From: Gammaproteobacteria bacterium
Lineage (GTDB): Bacteria; Pseudomonadota; Gammaproteobacteria; CAJXQU01
Direction: 5' to 3'
NCBI GenBank assembly: GCA_965238175.1
Contig: CBDEGZ010000003.1
Coordinates: 771,885 to 835,884 of the forward strand
Length of the DNA: 64,000 nucleotides
In this document: positions 58,888 to 64,000 of the stretch, piece after piece
Layout of the letters: each line of letters opens with the position of its first letter
Position numbering within the stretch: position 1 is the first letter of the stretch
Notes under the pieces: generated by a model
What the model was told of the DNA's origin: nothing
The model's input: the letters and a program-made list of their open reading frames with translations, nothing else
Databases searched by the model: none
Made by a program: the position numbers and the translations under genes

Positions 58888-60621
58888 TTACTTAGGTACC
58901 GGCAGAGGAGTCGACACACTATCGTGTAAAAAACGTCGATAAGGTGATAAGTCACCTGTCAGGCTGGCATTGTGTATGACGACAGGGCGTAAGAAAATGA
59001 TCAATTCGGTTTTGGTATTTTGGAAATCTCTTTGTTTGAATGCATTACCTACACCGGGTATATCTTCGAGGCCTGGTACACCATTAGTGCTGCGATCATA
59101 GTTATCGGTCATCAAGCCACCTAAAATTGCAACTTGGCCGCTGTTAACTTTTAGGATGGATTCCATCTCTCGAACAGCAATAACAGGGATTAGACTTACA
59201 ATATTTGGAAAGTCTGCATTCGTAGATTGAGCCGCAATCAATCTAGGAGCAGGATCAGGTACTCTATCGATAACCCTTGAAATTGTTGGCCTGACATTGA
59301 GAGTAACTGCTTGGTTCTCATTAATCTGAGGTGTTACCGCCATGACTAGACCAACAGGAACCGTGTGTACTTCAGATTCTATCGATTGGAGATTGTTTCC
59401 TGCACTAGTACCACTTGCCTGACTTATTTGTGAGTCGATTGTGAAGTAGACTTGATTTTCAACCACCTTAAGAACAGCTGTTTGGTTATTCAGGGTCATC
59501 AGCTTAGGGCTAGAAAGTACCTTTGCATCACCGAATGTATTAAGTAATTGTATGGTTGCTCTAAAATCGGCGGGCTGAAGAGTAGTGGTAGTAACACCGT
59601 TGGTTGTCGTAGTAGAGACGGTATTGTTAGTCTGAATTCTTCCTTGAAAAATTCCATTCGCTGAATCGAAGTTGTTGGTAAGGGTTTGTCCAATTTCTAT
59701 GAGACTATTGCCACCAATCAAGGCGCTCCAGTCGACCCCTGCCTGAAAACGATCACTTAGTGTTACTTCAACAATGGTCGCTTCTATTAGTACCTGGCGT
59801 TGAGCATTCTGAAGAACTTGATCAATGAATGTCTGGATATCTAAATGTTGTAGCGATGTTGCCTTAACGTTAATCACACCACTTTCAGCATTAACGATAA
59901 CGGATTCAGATCCAAGTTGACCAGAACCTGATGAGCCTGAATTATTCTCTCCTAGTATCCCTGAAATATTGCTGGCTAATGTTTCCCAGAAATGATGTGT
60001 TGATGTACTTTTAACTGCCGTTGTAGAATTATTTTCACCACTGGAACCGCCGCCAGTTGATGTCACATCTACCGTACCTGTGTTCGCAATTTGAGTTGAA
60101 ATACTGACTTCACCATTCGTATCCCTTGAGATATTTACGTAATCGACTTTATAGGTGCGAAAATAGGGATCATCTGGCGAGATATATAAATTATTACCAT
60201 CAAGTTCATATCGAAGCTTGGCTTGCCGCGAAATACGTTCGAGAATTTGTGGCAAGGTTTGTTCGACAGCATTGAGTGTCACCAAACCTTCAATATCCGA
60301 ATCCACATCAATATTTAGTGATGCATCTCTTGCCAGTGCAAACAGTAGTTCTTTTACAGGGACATCGTTTACAACAACCGTGTATCGCTCAAGATCTTGC
60401 TCTATTGGTTGTGGTAGGGGTGGTGGTAAAAAAGCTTTTTGATCGACAATTTTTGGAATTTCGTCGTTTGAAGTATTCGACACTTGTGGGTCAATCGAGA
60501 TATGACCTTCCGAAGGTTGATGTGGTTCTGGAATACTCGATGCGCACCCAGCTATAGATACAGCTAGTATCAAAATATAAAGCGGGTAAATTTTAGTTTT
60601 TCCCTTTAATATCATATTCAT
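58888..60621 (-). CDS. mshL: lipoprotein secretin (MshL/PilQ/GspD family)
   Basis: Lipobox IAGC. Secretin C-domain (VLIEATIVEV, LSSPKLMTLNNQTA, GGL...GVPGL..IP..G.LF). Confidence 0.88.
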   Translation of the reverse strand: MNMILKGKTKIYPLYILILAVSIAGCASSIPEPHQPSEGHISIDPQVSNTSNDEIPKIVDQKAFLPPPLPQPIEQDLERYTVVVNDVPVKELLFALARDASLNIDVDSDIEGLVTLNAVEQTLPQILERISRQAKLRYELDGNNLYISPDDPYFRTYKVDYVNISRDTNGEVSISTQIANTGTVDVTSTGGGSSGENNSTTAVKSTSTHHFWETLASNISGILGENNSGSSGSGQLGSESVIVNAESGVINVKATSLQHLDIQTFIDQVLQNAQRQVLIEATIVEVTLSDRFQAGVDWSALIGGNSLIEIGQTLTNNFDSANGIFQGRIQTNNTVSTTTTNGVTTTTLQPADFRATIQLLNTFGDAKVLSSPKLMTLNNQTAVLKVVENQVYFTIDSQISQASGTSAGNNLQSIESEVHTVPVGLVMAVTPQINENQAVTLNVRPTISRVIDRVPDPAPRLIAAQSTNADFPNIVSLIPVIAVREMESILKVNSGQVAILGGLMTDNYDRSTNGVPGLEDIPGVGNAFKQRDFQNTKTELIIFLRPVVIHNASLTGDLSPYRRFLHDSVSTPLPVPK

Positions 60622-60746
60622 CGCTTACGATGCTCCTCAATCGAACGAACAAGATACCATATTTTTAGTCTGGAATAGAGAATTAACGCACAAATTTTCT
60701 ATCCTTAGGAAAATGGTCAGATATTTGTCACAAGGTGTTATGTGGG

Positions 60747-61799
60747 TTACTGAAAAGACGTAATTTCCTGATCCAATTTTTTCCAGGTAGAGGAACTGGA
60801 TTCAGCTTGATGAGAATACAGGTTTTTATTTGGGTTATGAGTAGAACTCTTTTCGAAAGGTTGGTTCTCAATAACAAGATTATTTCTATTGTTGTTATAC
60901 CACCAAGCCGTTCCAGCAATGACAGCTAATAATATTACCAGAGCTAGAATGATCCAGTACCTTGAGTTGCCAGAATCAATGCCTGGCATGTCTGAAAAAT
61001 CAGAATCATTAACAGCGGTTTTGACGTGTTTCAGGGTGACAACTCGATCATTTTCTGCATAAGCTGCGAGACAGGCTTTGTCACCGAGAATATTGATGCG
61101 ACGCAATAAGCCACCGGATCGTTTCCATATTTGTTTAATAGCCTTCTGATCAAACAGATCCATTCCTTGATAGCCACTGGCTCGCATCCGCGAATTCATA
61201 TAATCACGGACTTCATACTCTTGAAGAGGTGCCAGGTTAAAACTATATGTGATCCGTTCTTTTAACTGTCTGATATGTTGTTTTGAAAGATTTTCATCCA
61301 GTTCTGGTTGTCCAAACAAAACGATTTGTAGCAATTTATCCTGCTTTGTTTCCAGGTTACTCAAAAGGCGTAATTCTTCTAATGTTTCGATCGGCATGCT
61401 TTGCGCTTCTTCTACAAACATTACAACTCGATTGTTGTTGGCATGCTGCTCAACAAGATAGTCTTGAATTTTATGCATCGCTTTGAGATTCGGATCATGT
61501 GGTTCGACATCGAGATTCATTTCAAAGCCGATGGCGTGTAACAGATTTTCCGGAGTCAAACTTGGGTTGGCGAGGTAGACTACTTGAACATCATTTGGAA
61601 GGCTGTCCTCCAGCATGCGGCAGAGCATGGTTTTTCCGCTGCCTACTTCACCAACGACTTTTACAATTCCCTCACCACTCGTGACAGCGTATGTGAGTGC
61701 TTGTAAGACAGCACCTCGATTTGCTCCGGGGAAAAACAAATTTGTATCCGGCGTTATCTTAAAGGGTGACTGTTTTAATCCAAAATACGCTTTATACAT
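60747..61799 (-). CDS. mshM: ExeA/GspA/MshM-like AAA+ ATPase with C-terminal transmembrane segment
   Basis: Walker A GEVGSGKTM, Walker B VMFVEEAQ, and one transmembrane segment near residue 300 with a short periplasmic tail. Confidence 0.8.
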   Translation of the reverse strand: MYKAYFGLKQSPFKITPDTNLFFPGANRGAVLQALTYAVTSGEGIVKVVGEVGSGKTMLCRMLEDSLPNDVQVVYLANPSLTPENLLHAIGFEMNLDVEPHDPNLKAMHKIQDYLVEQHANNNRVVMFVEEAQSMPIETLEELRLLSNLETKQDKLLQIVLFGQPELDENLSKQHIRQLKERITYSFNLAPLQEYEVRDYMNSRMRASGYQGMDLFDQKAIKQIWKRSGGLLRRINILGDKACLAAYAENDRVVTLKHVKTAVNDSDFSDMPGIDSGNSRYWIILALVILLAVIAGTAWWYNNNRNNLVIENQPFEKSSTHNPNKNLYSHQAESSSSTWKKLDQEITSFQ

Positions 61800-61814
61800 A
61801 ATTTATTTTTTTGT

Positions 61815-63263
61815 TTAGTTTTGTTGTTTTACTTCGATGGATAGACGTTGTATCTTACTGTATAACGTTGTGCGATTGATCCCTAATATTCTGGCTGCAT
61901 GGCTTAAATTTCCATGACTGTTTTTTAATGCAATGGTGATAAACCGTTTTTCCCATTCATCCAGTTTTTCATCCAGACGGAAAGTCTCTGAATGTAATAA
62001 TTCACGTTCGCCAAGCAGATCCAAGTCATTTTGATCGGATTCGGGTACATAAACCGCAAGTTCCATTTCTGCCTCTAGTTGTCGTAGGTTAACGGGTGAA
62101 CCGGGATATTTTGATCCGAGGCGGATAACAATATTTCTCAATTCGCGTACATTGCCAGGGAAAGAATATTGTAGTAACCGTTGCCTTGCTTCTTTATCCA
62201 GAATGAATGCGGGAAAGGTTCCTGCATAGAGTTGTTGGAAATAATCTAACAAAAGTAAACAGTCATCACTTCTCTCACGAAGAGGAGGTACTTTAATCGT
62301 TAAAACGCTGAGCCTATGATAAAGATCTTGACGGAAAGACCCTTTGCGCACTTCTTCTGGTAGTTCACGATTTGTTGCTGCGACAATTCGAGCATCAGAG
62401 TGTCGAGATTGGGTTTCACCAATACGGTAATACTCACCGTTTTCTAAAACTCTTAGCAGCTTTGCTTGCAGTTCTATGGGTAACTCACCTACTTCATCAA
62501 GTAATAAAGTCCCTTTGTCAGCTTGTTCAAAGAAGCCAGGTTTAGCTGAATCTGCACCAGTAAATGCGCCTTTAGCGTGACCAAATAGTTGCGCTTCTAA
62601 AAGATCGGCGGGAAATGCGGCGCAGTTGATCGTTAATAGAGGGTGTTTTGATCGTTCGCTTTTACTATGTAGATATTCGACAACGAGTTCTTTACCACTA
62701 CCAGACTCACCTTCGATCAAAACTGGAAAGGGAGTATCGGCGAATTGCTTGATCAAAGCACGCAGGGTCTTTATTACTGGACTTTGCCCAATAATGCCGA
62801 GATTTTCCTTTTTGACAATCGTGTTTTCTTGCTCGGCATCTAACAGCATCAATTGATGTTGTAATCGCGTTTTGAGCAAATGGACATCACAAGGTTTCGG
62901 CACAAAGTCGATCGCACCAAGGGTCATTGCATGTTGAATATTGCTACGTTTACTTTGGCCAGAAAGCACTAATATTTTGATCGCCGGGTTAAATGCTAAT
63001 AATTCAGTGATTAAATTAAACCCTTCTTCTGGTGTGTGTGGTGTCGGTGGCAAACCTAGATCGACGAGTGCAAGGGATGGAAGCGTTGAACGATTTTGGA
63101 GTAGGTTTTTGGCTTCTTCGCGAGTATTGGCAGTGAGCACATCAAATGTTTCTTGCAATACGAAACCTAACGATTCAATGATCAAATGATCATCATCAAT
63201 GAGTAATAACTGAGGTTTTTCAGCGAGATTTGATCCTGCTAGAACGTTTGTGTCTGTTGCCAT
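61815..63263 (-). CDS. sigma-54-dependent NtrC-family response regulator (REC-AAA+-HTH)
   Basis: Receiver domain (DDD...D...K). Sigma-54 interaction domain with GESGSGKE and GAFTGA. C-terminal Fis-type helix-turn-helix. ATG 63263 has a GGAG Shine-Dalgarno. Confidence 0.9.
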   Translation of the reverse strand: MATDTNVLAGSNLAEKPQLLLIDDDHLIIESLGFVLQETFDVLTANTREEAKNLLQNRSTLPSLALVDLGLPPTPHTPEEGFNLITELLAFNPAIKILVLSGQSKRSNIQHAMTLGAIDFVPKPCDVHLLKTRLQHQLMLLDAEQENTIVKKENLGIIGQSPVIKTLRALIKQFADTPFPVLIEGESGSGKELVVEYLHSKSERSKHPLLTINCAAFPADLLEAQLFGHAKGAFTGADSAKPGFFEQADKGTLLLDEVGELPIELQAKLLRVLENGEYYRIGETQSRHSDARIVAATNRELPEEVRKGSFRQDLYHRLSVLTIKVPPLRERSDDCLLLLDYFQQLYAGTFPAFILDKEARQRLLQYSFPGNVRELRNIVIRLGSKYPGSPVNLRQLEAEMELAVYVPESDQNDLDLLGERELLHSETFRLDEKLDEWEKRFITIALKNSHGNLSHAARILGINRTTLYSKIQRLSIEVKQQN

Positions 63264-63320
63264 TACTTCTCCCAACTTTGTGGCATGACAAAGCTGATAA
63301 CAGTATATGCAATCTTGAAT

Positions 63321-63359
63321 ATATTGTCACAGTGAGGAATGAACCCACTGTGACAATAT
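63321..63359. promoter_or_regulatory. 14-bp perfect inverted repeat ATATTGTCACAGTG-N11-CACTGTGACAATAT upstream of the response regulator / pilus operon
   Basis: Seen directly in the sequence. No U-run follows on either strand, so it is more likely an operator than a terminator. Confidence 0.35.
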
Positions 63360-63389
63360 CGTTTGTATGATTATTACTAGCTGAGATTA

Positions 63390-64000
63390 TTAATAACGAT
63401 AATGTTCAGGTTTGAAAGGACCATCAATGGAAACACTGATGTAATCGGCTTGTTCTTGAGTCAATTTTGTCAGATTTGCATTGATGCGTTTCAAATGAAG
63501 CATCGCTACTTTTTCGTCTAATTTTTTTGGCAAGGTATAAACCTTGTTCTCATAATTAGACGAATTTTCCCACAGTTCGATCTGTGCCAGCACCTGATTC
63601 GTGAAAGAGTTAGACATAACAAAACTTGGATGACCGGTGGCACAGCCGAGATTCACCAAACGACCTTCAGCTAATAGGATAATGCGTTTTCCATCCGGGA
63701 AGATTATGTGATCGACTTGAGGTTTAATGTTTTCCCAAGTGTATTGTTTAAGGCCAGCAACATCGATTTCATTATCAAAGTGACCAATATTACAAACGAT
63801 AGATTGATCTTTCATTTTGATCATATGGTCATGGGTGATGACGTTATAGTTTCCAGTAGCAGTAACAAAAATATCTGCTTGATCAACGACATTGTTAAGC
63901 TCAACAACACGATAACCTTCCATCGCGGCTTGCAAAGCACAAATTGGATCAACTTCTGTTACCCAAACTGTCGCACCGAGTCCTTTCAAAGATTGTGCAC
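63390..64000 (-). CDS. ahcY: adenosylhomocysteinase, C-terminal part (gene start lies past the window edge)
   Basis: NAD-binding domain motifs ([27 protein letters not shown]) and the C-terminal tail KPEHYRY. Confidence 0.9.
   Translation of the reverse strand, partial: AQSLKGLGATVWVTEVDPICALQAAMEGYRVVELNNVVDQADIFVTATGNYNVITHDHMIKMKDQSIVCNIGHFDNEIDVAGLKQYTWENIKPQVDHIIFPDGKRIILLAEGRLVNLGCATGHPSFVMSNSFTNQVLAQIELWENSSNYENKVYTLPKKLDEKVAMLHLKRINANLTKLTQEQADYISVSIDGPFKPEHYRY

Noticed and set aside
60622-60746. Search for a sigma-54 -24/-12 promoter upstream of the secretin, and likewise upstream of the response regulator, GspE and the protease
   Set aside because: The best candidates (TGGTATCTTGTTCG, AGGATAGAAAATTTGTGCG) have wrong GG-GC spacing or lack the GC. 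Only the orphan pilin upstream region gave a convincing match.

Overview
This 64-kb window looks like it comes from a low-GC gammaproteobacterium, probably a sulfur-oxidising chemolithoautotroph (Thiomicrospira/Hydrogenovibrio-like). The taxonomy is inference only, drawn from fccAB, a periplasmic alpha-carbonic anhydrase, a cytochrome P460-like protein and Pseudomonas-like synteny. Most of the window is conserved housekeeping DNA with recognisable gene order: rpoN-lptB-lptA-lptC-kdsC-kdsD-yrbG on the minus strand; amgK-murU; sthA; xthA; ilvA; rpiA; cutA-dsbD-tlpA; aroQ-accB-accC-prmA-(DUF3426)-dusB-fis-purH-purD; hisB-hisH; hemF; tatD-dtd-typA; and a partial ahcY. Accessory content is concentrated in four places. 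(1) A roughly 15-kb minus-strand operon (47.9-63.3 kb) encodes an MSHA-like type IV pilus / T2SS-related machine: a sigma-54 NtrC-family response regulator, an ExeA/MshM-like ATPase, a lipoprotein secretin, an ExeB/MshN-like TPR protein, an MshE-type ATPase with two c-di-GMP-binding MshEN motifs, a GspF platform protein, an MshI-like PilM/N fusion, PilO/PilP-like proteins, a 636-aa PilX-like protein, a 7-aa-leader pilin-like protein and a Sel1 lipoprotein. The gene order is non-canonical and no major pilin lies inside the cluster. (2) An orphan 250-aa pilin with a 15-aa leader (6873..7625) sits about 41 kb away from the cluster's pilin-like end, behind a near-consensus sigma-54 -24/-12 promoter, and rpoN itself is in the window. 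(3) A cytochrome P460-like gene is divergently paired with a 2-Cys OhrR-type MarR regulator across a perfect 26-bp palindrome. (4) A PEP-CTERM (VPLPA variant) metzincin-like protease lies beside a secreted hypothetical and a periplasmic alpha-carbonic anhydrase. Other notable items are an fccAB sulfide dehydrogenase locus preceded by a terminated 48-codon ORF and a 729-aa TPR/O-GlcNAc-transferase-like protein, an xthA/His-rich periplasmic protein/HupE-UreJ metal-uptake module, a CHASE histidine kinase / SRPBCC / LuxR regulator trio, an HD-GYP phosphodiesterase, a DUF2905 gene broken at an A7 homopolymer, and an 87-bp MITE-like inverted-repeat element. I found no CRISPR array, tRNA or rRNA gene, transposase or obvious defence island. 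All functional calls rest on motif-level recognition by eye; I ran no database searches.
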